Both the position numbers and the translations under genes were made by a program. Below, piece after piece: positions 37,124 to 47,253 of a stretch of DNA of 64,000 bases; the first letter of the stretch is position 1, and each line of letters opens with the position of its first letter. The notes under the pieces were generated by a model that worked only from the letters and a program-made list of their open reading frames with translations, had not been told where the DNA came from and made no database searches. Source of the stretch: Armatimonadota bacterium (lineage in GTDB: Bacteria; Armatimonadota; SYMT01); contig JAWLHY010000002.1 of the NCBI GenBank assembly GCA_041690135.1, forward strand, positions 192,001 through 256,000, given 5' to 3'.

Positions 37124-37968
37124 CCCAGTTCCTCCAACGCGCGCAGGCGCTCTTCCTGCGTGAGCGGCTTCCCGTGGTAGCCGTAATCCTTCTCGACGAA
37201 GCTGACGCCCTTGCCCTTCAGCGTGCGGGCGATGATGCACTGCGGCTTGCCGTTGTTGGCCTCGCCCGCCTTCTGGAGAGCGGGGAGGAGGGCCGCGAAG
37301 TCATGGCCGTCCACGTCCTGCACTTCCCAACCGAAGGAGGCCCACTTCTCGGCCTTCGGCTCGGTGGGGAGCACGTCCTTCGTGTAGCCCGTCTGCTGGG
37401 CGGTGTTGGCGTCCACGATGGCGATCAGGTTGCCGGTGCCGTACTTGGGCGCGGCGAGCGCGGCCTCCCAGATCTGGCCCTCGTCGATCTCGCCGTCGCC
37501 GAGCACCACCCAGATGCGGCTGGGGGAGTTGTCCAACTTGGCCGCCAGCGCCATGCCGAGGCCGATGGAGAGGCCCTGGCCCAGGGAGCCGGTGCTGGCC
37601 TCGATGCCGGGCAGCCGGCGCACGTTCGGGTGACCTTCCAGCGGGCTGCCCAGCTTGCGCAGGGTGATGAGCTGGTCCACCGGGAAGTAGCCCGTCTCGG
37701 CCATCGCCGCGTACAGGGTCGGCACGGCGTGGCCCTTGCTCATGATGAAGCGGTCGCGCTCGGGCCAGGTGGGGTTCTGCGGATCGTGGCGGAGAATGCC
37801 GCCGAAGTAGAGGGCGGTCACGATCTCGGTGCAGGAGAACGAGCTGCTGGGGTGCCCCGAGCCCGCTTCCGTCGTCATATCGACGATGTGCTTACGGATC
37901 AAGCGCGCCTTATCGGTGAGCGCTTCGATCGAGAGCGCCCCGGAGGGCGCTTCGGCAGTGGTTGCCAT
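37114..37968 (-). CDS. Transketolase N-terminal (TPP-binding) subunit
   Basis: SGHP, RDRFIMSKGH, STGSLGQG, GDGEIDEGQIWEA, HGK. Confidence 0.95.
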   Translation of the reverse strand: MATTAEAPSGALSIEALTDKARLIRKHIVDMTTEAGSGHPSSSFSCTEIVTALYFGGILRHDPQNPTWPERDRFIMSKGHAVPTLYAAMAETGYFPVDQLITLRKLGSPLEGHPNVRRLPGIEASTGSLGQGLSIGLGMALAAKLDNSPSRIWVVLGDGEIDEGQIWEAALAAPKYGTGNLIAIVDANTAQQTGYTKDVLPTEPKAEKWASFGWEVQDVDGHDFAALLPALQKAGEANNGKPQCIIARTLKGKGVSFVEKDYGYHGKPLTQEERLRALEELGWS

Positions 37969-37970
37969 AT

Positions 37971-38591
37971 CTAGAGACTTTCTTCCGTGAGACTTCCTTC
38001 AGCCCGGCCCGCTTCCGGTTTGGGACCTTCCGGGTTTTCTCCGGCCAAAGGAGAGAGACTCGCGTCGCTGGGGAGCTGCTGGTGCTTGCGCGTCAGCTCC
38101 TCCAACCAACTTTCGTTCCAGGTGAAGTAAGCACCCCCGTGCTGGTCCAGCCGCGTCAGGAAATCTTCCGGGTATGGCTGAACCAGGGGCGGCAACTCCG
38201 CCGGGGGGAAATAGCGGATCTCGACGGCTTCCCCGTCGACTGCCTCCAGTTTCCCGCCCACTACCCGGCACTCGAACACCAGCAGGGTCGGCTCGACCTG
38301 GTCTCCATTCGGGTACGTGTAGTGGTAGCGGCTTCCCGCGAAGGCCCCCGCTAGGCGCACGGGACGGACGAGCAGGCCCGTCTCCTCCCAGCACTCGCGC
38401 GCGGCAGCCTGTGCCGGCTCTTCCCCCGGGTCGAGCCCACCTGCCGGCAGGCTCCACATCTGATCTTCACGGCGCCGGATGAGCAGGATCCGTCCCGCCT
38501 CATCCCGAACGATCGCGGCCACGCCCGGCAGCAGCAGGGAGGTGGGTCCCACCCTGGCTCGCAGGTCCCGGAGGTAAGCGGAGATCGGCAT
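37971..38591 (-). CDS. NUDIX hydrolase
   Basis: Nudix box GGLDPGEEPAQAAARECWEETGL; YPNGD. Confidence 0.92.
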   Translation of the reverse strand: MPISAYLRDLRARVGPTSLLLPGVAAIVRDEAGRILLIRRREDQMWSLPAGGLDPGEEPAQAAARECWEETGLLVRPVRLAGAFAGSRYHYTYPNGDQVEPTLLVFECRVVGGKLEAVDGEAVEIRYFPPAELPPLVQPYPEDFLTRLDQHGGAYFTWNESWLEELTRKHQQLPSDASLSPLAGENPEGPKPEAGRAEGSLTEESL

Positions 38592-38763
38592 GAAGCTCCC
38601 GTCGTCGCCGCCGCTATTGACGCACGGCGACCTGTGGTACAATAAACTGCTCACCGGCCCACCCGTTCCCGGCGGAGGCGTTCCGCGGTCGAGTGCGGGG
38701 GGCGGTTCCGGCGCATCGCTGCCGGTCATTTCTTCACAACCGGCGGGACGGGCAAGTTTATCA

Positions 38764-39627
38764 ATGCGTGGGGGTCGCTGGCAACATCTGGACCGCAGAA
38801 AGGACGACAGTTCCCCACCCGCCGTGCCCTCCCAGCAGGCGCCCGTTGAACCGGCGGACGGGCGCGATGGCGTGGCTGAAACGCCGTCTCCGGCCGTCCC
38901 GCCGGCCCTGCATCCGGCCCTGCAGCTCGCGGTGGGCTACTACGCGCTGAAGCAGTATCAACAGTGCGCGGATACACTGGAGACCGCCCTGCGTGACACG
39001 CCGCTGCTGCCGGGCGCGCACCGGCTGCTGGGTCTCTCCCTCGGCCGCCTCGACGATCCCGCCGGCGCGGTGAGAGCCCTGGAGCAGGCGTTTGAAGAAG
39101 ACCCGGAAGACCCGGAACTGGAGGCCAGCCTCATCTCCGCGCATCTGCAGACCGGACAGCCCTATCCGCGACCGGTGAACCGGGCGAAGGGCTCACGGGC
39201 CGAGTTGGTGGCCGCCTCGCTCTGGCTGCGGGGGCGGCAACTGTTGGAGGCGGGACGGCCGCGCGAAGCGGCGCGGACGTTTGGGGAGGCGGCGGAGCTC
39301 TTCGCCCAGGCCTCGCCGCCGGACCTGGCCGGGGAACGCGTGGCGGCGAGCCTGATGGGACAGGCGATCAGCTACCTGGTGGCGGGGGAGCTGGTGCCGG
39401 CGCAGCAGAGTTATGCCCGGTATTCCCGGCGGGTGCAGTTTCCGGAGAGCGCGCAGTTGTTTGCGCGGCAGGTGTACGAGCTGGCGGAAGAGGCCCGCGG
39501 CCTGACGGAGGCCGAGCGCGGCCCCGCCCTGGCGCCCCTGGGAGAACTGCTCCTCGGCGTGCGGCTGATGGTCCGCTTTTACGACCAGGTTCGGCCCGTG
39601 GCCATGCATTGGGAAGGATTGCCGTAG
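38764..39627 (+). CDS. TPR-like hypothetical protein
   Basis: AHRLLGLSLGRL...AVRALEQA helical repeats; start uncertain; 6 bp upstream of the AAA gene. Confidence 0.7.
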   Translation: MRGGRWQHLDRRKDDSSPPAVPSQQAPVEPADGRDGVAETPSPAVPPALHPALQLAVGYYALKQYQQCADTLETALRDTPLLPGAHRLLGLSLGRLDDPAGAVRALEQAFEEDPEDPELEASLISAHLQTGQPYPRPVNRAKGSRAELVAASLWLRGRQLLEAGRPREAARTFGEAAELFAQASPPDLAGERVAASLMGQAISYLVAGELVPAQQSYARYSRRVQFPESAQLFARQVYELAEEARGLTEAERGPALAPLGELLLGVRLMVRFYDQVRPVAMHWEGLP

Positions 39628-39633
39628 TACCAG

Positions 39634-41157
39634 ATGAGTACGTATAAGGAACTGGAGCTGGCGATCCGCGCCCGGATCCCCCTGATCGCGCTGGTGACCC
39701 CGGAGGAAGCGCGCGCCGAGGAGCGGCTGCTGATTCCGCTGGCGCGGGAGTGGCGGGAGGGGCGAATCTATGCCTGGACCACCACCCATGGGTACGTGCC
39801 GCTGGGGGACTGCGACACCTGCGGCGCCGGGTTCGCGGCTCCGGACCCGCTCTCGGCGCTGGAGGTCGTCTCCGCCCACGAGGAGCCGTGCCTCTTTGTC
39901 CTGAAAGACTTCCATCACTACCTGGACAACGCGGCCCTGATGCGGAAGCTCCGCGATCTTTCCCAGGATCTCGTGCCGACCGGTCGGAACCTCATCTTCC
40001 TAGGGCCCCGCTTCAAGGTGCCGGAAGACCTGGAAAAGGAGATTCAGGTCATCGACTACCCCCCGCCGGACCTGGAGGAGCTGGAGGAGTTGCTCGTGTC
40101 CCTCCAGGAGGCCTTCGCGGAGGAGGGGGAGGACGGCGAAACGGGAGCGGCGACCATCGACCTTTCCCCGGAGGGCCGCGAGCGCCTGCTGAAGGCCGCG
40201 CTCGGGCTGACCCTGGGGGAAGCCGAGGCGGTCTTCGCCAAGGCGTTCGTCCGCGACGGCGCCCTGACCGACCGTGGGGTCGACCTGGTCCTCGCGGAGA
40301 AGAAGCAGATCGTCCGGCGCAGCGGGATCCTGGAGTTCTATGAGACCCAGGAAGGGCTAGACGACGTCGGCGGCCTGGACGCCTTGAAAGGCTGGCTCCG
40401 CCGACGGCACGGCGCGTTCACGGAAGAGGCGCGAGAGTTCGGCCTGCCCCTGCCGCGCGGCATCCTGCTGCTGGGAGTCCAGGGGTGCGGTAAGAGCCTG
40501 GTCGCCAAGGCGATCAGCCGGGCCTGGGGCATGCCGCTCCTGCGGCTCGACGTGGGGCGCATCTTCGGCAAGTACATCGGCGAGAGCGAGGGCGCTATCC
40601 GGCGCGTGATCCAGACCGCCGAGGCGATCGCGCCCTCCATCCTCTGGATCGACGAGATCGAGAAGGGGTTCGCCGGAGCCAGCTCGGAAGCGCACGATAC
40701 CGGCGTCAGCGCGCGGGTACTGGGCACCTTCCTCACCTGGATGCAGGAGAAGCGGAAGCCGGTATTCGTTTTCGCCACCGCCAACCAGATCCGCAACCTG
40801 CCCCCCGAATTGCTCCGCAAGGGCCGCTTCGACGAGCTGTTCTTCGTGGACCTTCCCAGCGCGGAAGAGCGCCGGGAGATCTTTGCCGTCCACCTGAGAA
40901 AGCGGGGCCGCGATCTCAGCGGCTACGATCTCGACGCTCTGGCGACAGCCACCGAGGGCTTCACCGGTGCCGAGATCGAGCAGGTGGTGAACGAGGCCCT
41001 CTTCGCCGCTTTCTCCGACAACCGCCGCCCCCTGGCGCAGATCGACCTGGAAGCCGCGGCCCGGGAGGTGATCCCCATCGCAGTGACAATGAAGGAGTCG
41101 ATCACCGCCATGCGCCATTGGGCCACGAACCGTGCCCGCCGCGCCTCCGAGGCGTGA
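39634..41157 (+). CDS. Ycf46-type AAA+ ATPase
   Basis: LKDFH, EKKQIV, GVQGCGKSL, WIDEIEK, LRKGRFDE, WATNRA. Confidence 0.92.
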   Translation: MSTYKELELAIRARIPLIALVTPEEARAEERLLIPLAREWREGRIYAWTTTHGYVPLGDCDTCGAGFAAPDPLSALEVVSAHEEPCLFVLKDFHHYLDNAALMRKLRDLSQDLVPTGRNLIFLGPRFKVPEDLEKEIQVIDYPPPDLEELEELLVSLQEAFAEEGEDGETGAATIDLSPEGRERLLKAALGLTLGEAEAVFAKAFVRDGALTDRGVDLVLAEKKQIVRRSGILEFYETQEGLDDVGGLDALKGWLRRRHGAFTEEAREFGLPLPRGILLLGVQGCGKSLVAKAISRAWGMPLLRLDVGRIFGKYIGESEGAIRRVIQTAEAIAPSILWIDEIEKGFAGASSEAHDTGVSARVLGTFLTWMQEKRKPVFVFATANQIRNLPPELLRKGRFDELFFVDLPSAEERREIFAVHLRKRGRDLSGYDLDALATATEGFTGAEIEQVVNEALFAAFSDNRRPLAQIDLEAAAREVIPIAVTMKESITAMRHWATNRARRASEA

Positions 41158-41262
41158 CCCCAACACACAGCCAACCTCGGTTCGCAACCACCTTGCGGAA
41201 ACTCCGTGACCTTCCCTGTGTCAGTGGCATAACGAGAGGTATTCCAAAGGAGAGCGGGTCGC

Positions 41263-43566
41263 ATGCGGTGGATCGCAGGGATTTCAGTCAGCCTGGCGCT
41301 GGGAGCCGGAGCGGCGCTGGCGTGGGCCGCGGAGCCGTTGCCGGAGGGGAAACCGGTGCCTCCAGCCAGTGTCCCGGTGGCCACCGGCGAGACCGCAAAG
41401 TTCTTCGAGACCCGGGTGCGCCCGGTCCTGGCGCAGCACTGCTTCGCGTGCCACGGCGAGAAGGCGCAGAAAGGCGGGCTGCGGCTGGATACGGCCGCCG
41501 GTTTCTTCAAAGGCGGCGACACCGGCTCGCTGGTCACCCCCGGCGATCCCGAAAAGAGCCTGCTCCTCCATGCGGTCCGGTACGACGGCCCGGTGAAGAT
41601 GCCCCCGCACGGCAAGCTGTCGCCCCGCCAGATCGAGGATCTCGCCGCCTGGGTCAAGCTCGGCGCGCCCTGGCCGGAGTATGGGGGCAGGGGGTCAGGA
41701 GTCAGGGGCCAGGGGGGGAAGGGGAAATTGACAATTGACAATTCGCAATTGTCAATTGTCAATTCGGGGACCGCACGCAATTGGTGGTCGTTTCAGCCGG
41801 TAAAGGCTCCTGCGATCCCCAGGGTCAAAAATGCGGCCGCGGTGCGGAACCCGATCGATGCTTTCGTGCAGGCGAAGCTCGCGGTGAAGGGGCTCAAGCC
41901 CTCTCCGGAAGCCTCGAAGCGGGAGTTGATCCGGCGTGCTACCTTCGAACTGATTGGCCTGCCGCCCACTCCGGATGAGGTGGACGCCTTCCTGGCGGAT
42001 CAGTCGCCGGAAGCCTATGAGAAGCTGATCGACCGGCTGCTGGCGCGGCCGCAGTACGGGGAGCGGTGGGGACGGCACTGGCTGGACGTGGTCCGCTTCG
42101 CGCAGACGAACGGCTACGAGCGCGACGCAGAGAAGCCGTTCGCCTGGCGCTACCGCGACTACGTCATCCAGAGCTTCAATGAAGACAAGCCTTACGACCA
42201 GTTCGTCCGCGAGCAGATCGCGGGCGACGAACTGGACACCGTGACCGACGCCTCCCTCGTCGCGACTGCCTTCTACCGGCTGGGTGTGTGGGACGACGAG
42301 CCGGACGACGCGCGCCAGGCGGAGTTCGACAACCTGGACGATATGCTCTCCACGCTTGGATCGGCGTTCATGGGCCTCACGGTCGGCTGCGCCCGCTGTC
42401 ACGACCACAAGTTCGATCCGATCTCGCAGGCGGAGTACTACTCGCTCCTGACGTTCCTTCGCAACATCAAGCGGTATGTGAAGCATGACGACAAGAGCGC
42501 CGACCAGGTGATCTTCGCGCCCCTGAAGGGAGGCGAGAAGACCCTGGCGGTGGTGGAGAATGGCGCGGTCCCGCCGAAGACCCATGTGCTCATCCGTGGG
42601 AGCGCCGCCACACCGGCCGCGGAAGTGCAGCCGGGGTTCATCCGTGTCCTGTGCGGCTCAGAGGCGGCCACGCAGCCGGTCATTCCCGCCGCCCAGCCGG
42701 GTGCGAAGACCAGTGGCCGGCGGCGCGTTCTGGCCGAGTGGCTGGCGAGCCCGCACCACCCCCTCACTGCCCGGGTAATGGCCAATCGCCTGTGGCACTA
42801 CCACTTCGGGCGCGGCCTGGTGGCGACCCCCAACGACTTCGGGCGCACCGGCCTGGCGCCCACCCATCCGGAACTGCTCGATTACCTGGCTTCCGAGCTG
42901 GTTGAGGGCGGCTGGAAGCTCAAGCGGATGCATCGCCTGATCATGCTCTCCGCTACCTACCGGCAGGCCTCGCGGGCGGAGAACCCGAAGGCGGTGGCGG
43001 TAGACCCCGGCAACCGGCTGCTCTGGCGCCAGAACCTGCGGCGGCTCGAGGCGGAAGCGATCCGGGACGCGATCCTGGCGACCAGCGGCAAGTTGAACCT
43101 GGCGATGGGCGGGCGGGGAGTCTTCCCGGCGCTACCGCCGGAGGTGCTGGCCACCCAGTCCGCACCCGGATCCGGCTGGGGGAAGTCGGATGAAGCGGAG
43201 CGTTCCCGGCGCAGCGTCTACATCTTCATCAAGCGGACCCTGGGGGTGCCGCTGCTGGAGACGTTCGACCTGGCGACGCCGGACAACTCCATCGCGGCTC
43301 GCGCCACGACCACGGTCGCGCCGCAGGCCCTGATCCTGCTGAACAGCACCTTCGCGGACGAACAGGCGGCGGCCTTCGCCCAGCGGCTGGAAAAGGAAGC
43401 AGGTGCGGGAACGGATGCCCGGATTGAGCGCGCCTTCCGGCTCGCCCTCGCCCGGCGCCCGACCCCTCGGGAGCTGGAGATTGCCCGTTCTTATATCGAT
43501 CGCCACACGCTTGCGGCCTTCTGCAAGGTGGTGCTGAACTTGAATGAGTTCGTGTACATAGATTGA
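41263..43566 (+). CDS. Planctomycete cytochrome c + DUF1549/DUF1553 protein
   Basis: CFACHG, YGERWGRHWLD, CARCHDHKFDP, ANRLWHYHFGRG, LNLNEFVYID. Confidence 0.93.
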   Translation: MRWIAGISVSLALGAGAALAWAAEPLPEGKPVPPASVPVATGETAKFFETRVRPVLAQHCFACHGEKAQKGGLRLDTAAGFFKGGDTGSLVTPGDPEKSLLLHAVRYDGPVKMPPHGKLSPRQIEDLAAWVKLGAPWPEYGGRGSGVRGQGGKGKLTIDNSQLSIVNSGTARNWWSFQPVKAPAIPRVKNAAAVRNPIDAFVQAKLAVKGLKPSPEASKRELIRRATFELIGLPPTPDEVDAFLADQSPEAYEKLIDRLLARPQYGERWGRHWLDVVRFAQTNGYERDAEKPFAWRYRDYVIQSFNEDKPYDQFVREQIAGDELDTVTDASLVATAFYRLGVWDDEPDDARQAEFDNLDDMLSTLGSAFMGLTVGCARCHDHKFDPISQAEYYSLLTFLRNIKRYVKHDDKSADQVIFAPLKGGEKTLAVVENGAVPPKTHVLIRGSAATPAAEVQPGFIRVLCGSEAATQPVIPAAQPGAKTSGRRRVLAEWLASPHHPLTARVMANRLWHYHFGRGLVATPNDFGRTGLAPTHPELLDYLASELVEGGWKLKRMHRLIMLSATYRQASRAENPKAVAVDPGNRLLWRQNLRRLEAEAIRDAILATSGKLNLAMGGRGVFPALPPEVLATQSAPGSGWGKSDEAERSRRSVYIFIKRTLGVPLLETFDLATPDNSIAARATTTVAPQALILLNSTFADEQAAAFAQRLEKEAGAGTDARIERAFRLALARRPTPRELEIARSYIDRHTLAAFCKVVLNLNEFVYID
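41683..41764 (+). repeat. In-frame heptamer repeat cassette with a perfect 18-bp inverted repeat
   Basis: GGGGCAG/GGGGTCA/GGAGTCA/GGGGCCA, then AATTGACAATTGACAATT-CGC-AATTGTCAATTGTCAATT. Confidence 0.88.
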
Positions 43567-43574
43567 GGGTGGAG

Positions 43575-45059
43575 ATGGCACGTAAAAACTGCATCGGCAC
43601 GCGACGCCAGTTCCTCTGGGAGATGGGGGCGGGGTTTACGGGCCTGGCGCTAGCCGACCTCCTGGACCGGGACGGGTTCTTCACGGGTCCCGCCGCGGCG
43701 GCACAACCCGCGAAGGCAGGGGGGAGTTACACCCACCCGCTGGCCCCGCGCGAGGCGCACTTCGCGCCGAAGGCGAAGCATGTCATCTTCTTCTTCCTGT
43801 ACGGCGGCCCGCCCTCGATGGATACCTTCGACTACAAGCCCGAGCTCCAGAAGCGGGACGGGCAGACGGTCGACATCGAGATCCGCCGGGGCTCCATCCA
43901 GAAGCAGACCCTGCTCGCCTCCCGCCGCAAGTTCGCGCAGTACGGGAAGTCCGGCCTCTGGTGCAGCGATGCCTTCCCGAACATCGCGAAGCACATGGAC
44001 GAGCTCTGCGTCATCAAGAGCCTCTACGCGGATACTTTCGCCCACGGCTCGGCGATGATCCAGATGAACAGCGGCCGGATCATCCAGGGTTACCCCTCCA
44101 TGGGCTCATGGCTGAACTACGGCCTGGGCAGCATGAACCAGAACCTGCCGGGCTACGTGGTGATGCTCGATCCGCGCGGCGGCCCGATCTCCGGGGCGGC
44201 GAACTGGTCGAGCGGTTTCATGCCGGCGGCCTACCAGGGCACCTACCTCCGCAGCAAAGGGGAGCCGATCCTCGACCTGGCGCCGAAGAATGGGATGTCG
44301 CCCGCGGCCCAGCGGGAGCAGATCGACACCCTGAACGCACTGAACGCGGAACACCTGAAGTCCCGCCCCGGCTACTCCGAGCTGCAGGCGCGCATCGCCA
44401 GCTACGAGCTCGCCTTCCAGCTCCAGACGACCGCGCCGGAGGTGATGGACCTCTCCCAGGAGAGCGAGAAGACGCTGGAGAGGTACGGCATCCACCAGCC
44501 CAAGCCGAACACGCACCCGCTGGCACAGGGCCCCTCCTACTTCGGCCGCCAGTGCCTCACCGCGCGGCGCCTCATCGAACGGGGGGTGCGCTACGTGCAG
44601 ATCTACTCCGGCGGAGGTCACCAGCAGGAGAACTGGGACGCGCACGAGGGGGTGGAGCAGAACCTGCTGATCCACGCGCCGGAGATCGACCAGCCGATCC
44701 ATGCGCTGCTGACCGATCTGAAGCAGCGGGGGCTACTCGAAGAGACCCTGCTGGTGTGGGGCGGGGAGTTCGGACGGCAGCCGGTGACGCAGGGCCAGCA
44801 CCAGGGGCGCGACCACAACCCGAAGGGCTTCTGCTACTGGCTGGCCGGCGGCGGCGTGAAGGGCGGCACCAGCTACGGCGAAACGGACGAACTGGGCCAC
44901 GAGGCGGTGGTCAACCGCACCCACATCCGCGACCTGCATGCCACCATCCTTCACCTCATGGGCCTCGACCATAACAAGCTGACCTACTTCTACGGTGGCC
45001 TGGACCACAAGCTCACCGGGGTTCAGGAAGCGCACGTGATCCGGGAGATCCTGGCGTAA
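43575..45059 (+). CDS. DUF1501 domain protein
   Basis: TRRQFL Tat-like motif, GGPPSMDTFDYKP, WDAH, GEFGR, GRDHN. Confidence 0.93.
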   Translation: MARKNCIGTRRQFLWEMGAGFTGLALADLLDRDGFFTGPAAAAQPAKAGGSYTHPLAPREAHFAPKAKHVIFFFLYGGPPSMDTFDYKPELQKRDGQTVDIEIRRGSIQKQTLLASRRKFAQYGKSGLWCSDAFPNIAKHMDELCVIKSLYADTFAHGSAMIQMNSGRIIQGYPSMGSWLNYGLGSMNQNLPGYVVMLDPRGGPISGAANWSSGFMPAAYQGTYLRSKGEPILDLAPKNGMSPAAQREQIDTLNALNAEHLKSRPGYSELQARIASYELAFQLQTTAPEVMDLSQESEKTLERYGIHQPKPNTHPLAQGPSYFGRQCLTARRLIERGVRYVQIYSGGGHQQENWDAHEGVEQNLLIHAPEIDQPIHALLTDLKQRGLLEETLLVWGGEFGRQPVTQGQHQGRDHNPKGFCYWLAGGGVKGGTSYGETDELGHEAVVNRTHIRDLHATILHLMGLDHNKLTYFYGGLDHKLTGVQEAHVIREILA

Positions 45060-45070
45060 GTGGAACCCTC

Positions 45071-45265
45071 CAGGTGGGGCTGGTCGTCAACGGGGAAGCG
45101 GTAGCCGCGCAGGCAGTGTCAGCGGACGACCGGATGCATGCGCTGCGATTCCGGGTAAAGATCGACCGGAGCAGTTAAGTGGCGCTGCGGCAGTTCCCGC
45201 AGTTGCATACGAACCCGGTGAACGTGCTGATCGGTGGGAAACCGATCCGGCCCTTGTGCCGGAGC
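45071..45265 (+). pseudogene. C-terminal fragment of a CehA/McbA-like metallohydrolase with an internal stop
   Basis: QVGLVVNGEAVA...VKIDRSS*VALRQFPQLHTNPVNVLIGGKPIR; TAA at 45176 where Trp is expected. Confidence 0.65.
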
Positions 45266-45637
45266 GATCGAGCAGTTGTGGCGGAACCGGGAGCGGTCCA
45301 TTCGACCGGAGAAGCGGGAGGAGGCAGGCCGGACCTATGCCCGAGTGCTCGAGCAGTACCGGCGGATCGTTTCCGAGGCGGCCGTGGATTGACGCCGGGG
45401 TGATCCCAGAGTGGAGTTTTGGGGCTGGGGTGCGGCGGATCGCGCACCCGGACTCTCGCAGGGCTGAACCCCTGCGCTCTGCAACCGCACCGTCCCCGCA
45501 CCCACACCCACTCCGTGGGTACCCGGGCGTAAACCTGCGCGGGCACGTTCGACGCACATTGGGTGACCTTCGGACACGAGTGATACCCGCGCATAATCCA
45601 AGGGTTCTGCCACTGCTTTGAATACGGACCGATACTG

Positions 45638-46177
45638 ATGGAACAGCGTATGCAGGTGGCGCAGTGCGAGGAACCAGTACCGGCGTCGGAATTGTCACCC
45701 AGGCGGGTGGCGGCGCTGCTGGTGGTGCTGGCGGCACATCTGGTGGCGGCGCTGGGGTTGTGGTGGGCGGACCGGGCGCAGTGGCTCGATACATTAAGTT
45801 GGGCGGTGGCGCCCGGTTTCGGGCTGCTCGGCTATTTCCTGCTGCTTGGGTTCATCAGCGCCGGGTGTGGGGTCCCCGCGAACCGGGTCGCGGCGGTGCT
45901 GGTGTGCTACGGGGCGGCGTTCTCCACGGATGCCCTCCTTCCCTGGCTCTGGCCGCTCTCCGCCGGCCTGCCGGTAGAGCCGGACCACCTGGGGATGGTC
46001 CTGGGCGTGTTCCCGGTGCTGGCGGCCGCGGTGCTTGTTTACGAACTGCCGCGTATCCCCTTCGCAGCGAAACCGGCCTTCTGGATTGCGGGGGTCTACC
46101 TGATCGCTATCCACCTTTACAACGGCCTGGACCCTTACGAGCAGATGCGCTTGTTCGGGGGCGGGGAGATCGTTTGA
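45638..46177 (+). CDS. Hypothetical membrane protein
   Basis: About five hydrophobic segments. Confidence 0.65.
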   Translation: MEQRMQVAQCEEPVPASELSPRRVAALLVVLAAHLVAALGLWWADRAQWLDTLSWAVAPGFGLLGYFLLLGFISAGCGVPANRVAAVLVCYGAAFSTDALLPWLWPLSAGLPVEPDHLGMVLGVFPVLAAAVLVYELPRIPFAAKPAFWIAGVYLIAIHLYNGLDPYEQMRLFGGGEIV

Positions 46178-46305
46178 AGGATGAAGGCGGAAGGATGAAG
46201 GATGAAGGGTGCCTTCGGCCGATCAGGATGAGGATTACGATTAAGATCAGGAGAGAGACGCCTGATGGTGGGAGTGGGAGTGGGAGTAGGAGTAGGAGTA
46301 GGAGG
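46175..46305 (+). repeat. Stacked short tandem repeats (TGAAGGA)n, (GATYAR)n and (GGAGTR)n
   Basis: Read directly; the first unit contains the upstream stop codon. Confidence 0.85.
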
Positions 46306-46451
46306 GGGCAAGGAGCCGTGTTGCTGGTCGCACGCAGGAGGGCCGCGGCATTGGGGCGAAGATTCTCCTTCGGGCTGGTGCGCCCTGGGGCAGTGGGGTT
46401 GAGTTCTTCTTCCGCTCCCCGAACTCGATTTGTTGAAGGAGCAAAGAAGCG

Positions 46452-47114
46452 ATGAACCGAAGGATGGTCCTCCGCGCGGCGGGTCTGGGGCTGGCGGGCC
46501 TGGCGGCGCTGCCCGTGGCCGCGCAGGAAAAAAAGAAGAAGGGCTGGGTGGTGCTGTTCGACGGCAAGACCCTGGAAGGCTGGACGCAGAAGAACGGCAC
46601 CGCCACCTACCGGGTGGAGGACGGCGTCGTCGTGGGCAAGACGAGCGAGGGGAGCCCCAACTCCTTCCTCTGCACCAACAAGGAGTACGGCGACTTCGAA
46701 CTGACCTTCGAGGTCAAGGTGGATGACGAGCTGAACTCGGGCGTCCAGATCCGCTCGGCCAGCAAGACGGAGTTCAACAACGGCCGGGTCCACGGCCCGC
46801 AGGTGGAGATCGCCACCAACGGCACCGCCGGCTTCATCTACGGTGAGGGGCTGAACACCGGCTGGCTCAGCGAGGACCGCACCAACGCGGCTGCGGTCGC
46901 CGCTTTCAAAAAGGGCGAATGGAACAAGTACCGCGTGGTGGCGAAGGGCAAGTCGATCAAGACCTGGGTCAACGGGGTGCCCGTGGCGGACCTGGTGGAT
47001 GAGAAGACCAACATGGCCTCCGGCTTTATCGGCCTGCAGGTCCACAGCATCAAGAAGGGGACCGGCCCCTACGAGGTGCGCTGGCGCAACATCCGGATCC
47101 GCGAAGCGAAGTAA
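46452..47114 (+). CDS. Tat-secreted DUF1080 protein
   Basis: MNRR signal, LFDGKTLEGW, YGDFEL, NSGVQIRS, GFIGLQVH, WRNI. Confidence 0.92.
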   Translation: MNRRMVLRAAGLGLAGLAALPVAAQEKKKKGWVVLFDGKTLEGWTQKNGTATYRVEDGVVVGKTSEGSPNSFLCTNKEYGDFELTFEVKVDDELNSGVQIRSASKTEFNNGRVHGPQVEIATNGTAGFIYGEGLNTGWLSEDRTNAAAVAAFKKGEWNKYRVVAKGKSIKTWVNGVPVADLVDEKTNMASGFIGLQVHSIKKGTGPYEVRWRNIRIREAK

Positions 47115-47253
47115 CGGGATCGCGGCGGCCCGTTAGCAGTCGCCTTCATAATCGATGTCGTTCCGAGGTGCGGGGCGCGCGTGTTCTCTCCGGAGAAGAC
47201 CCGCGCCCCGCCTCGCATGGGGCAGGGCAATACGAGAAGGAGGCGGGAAGAGC

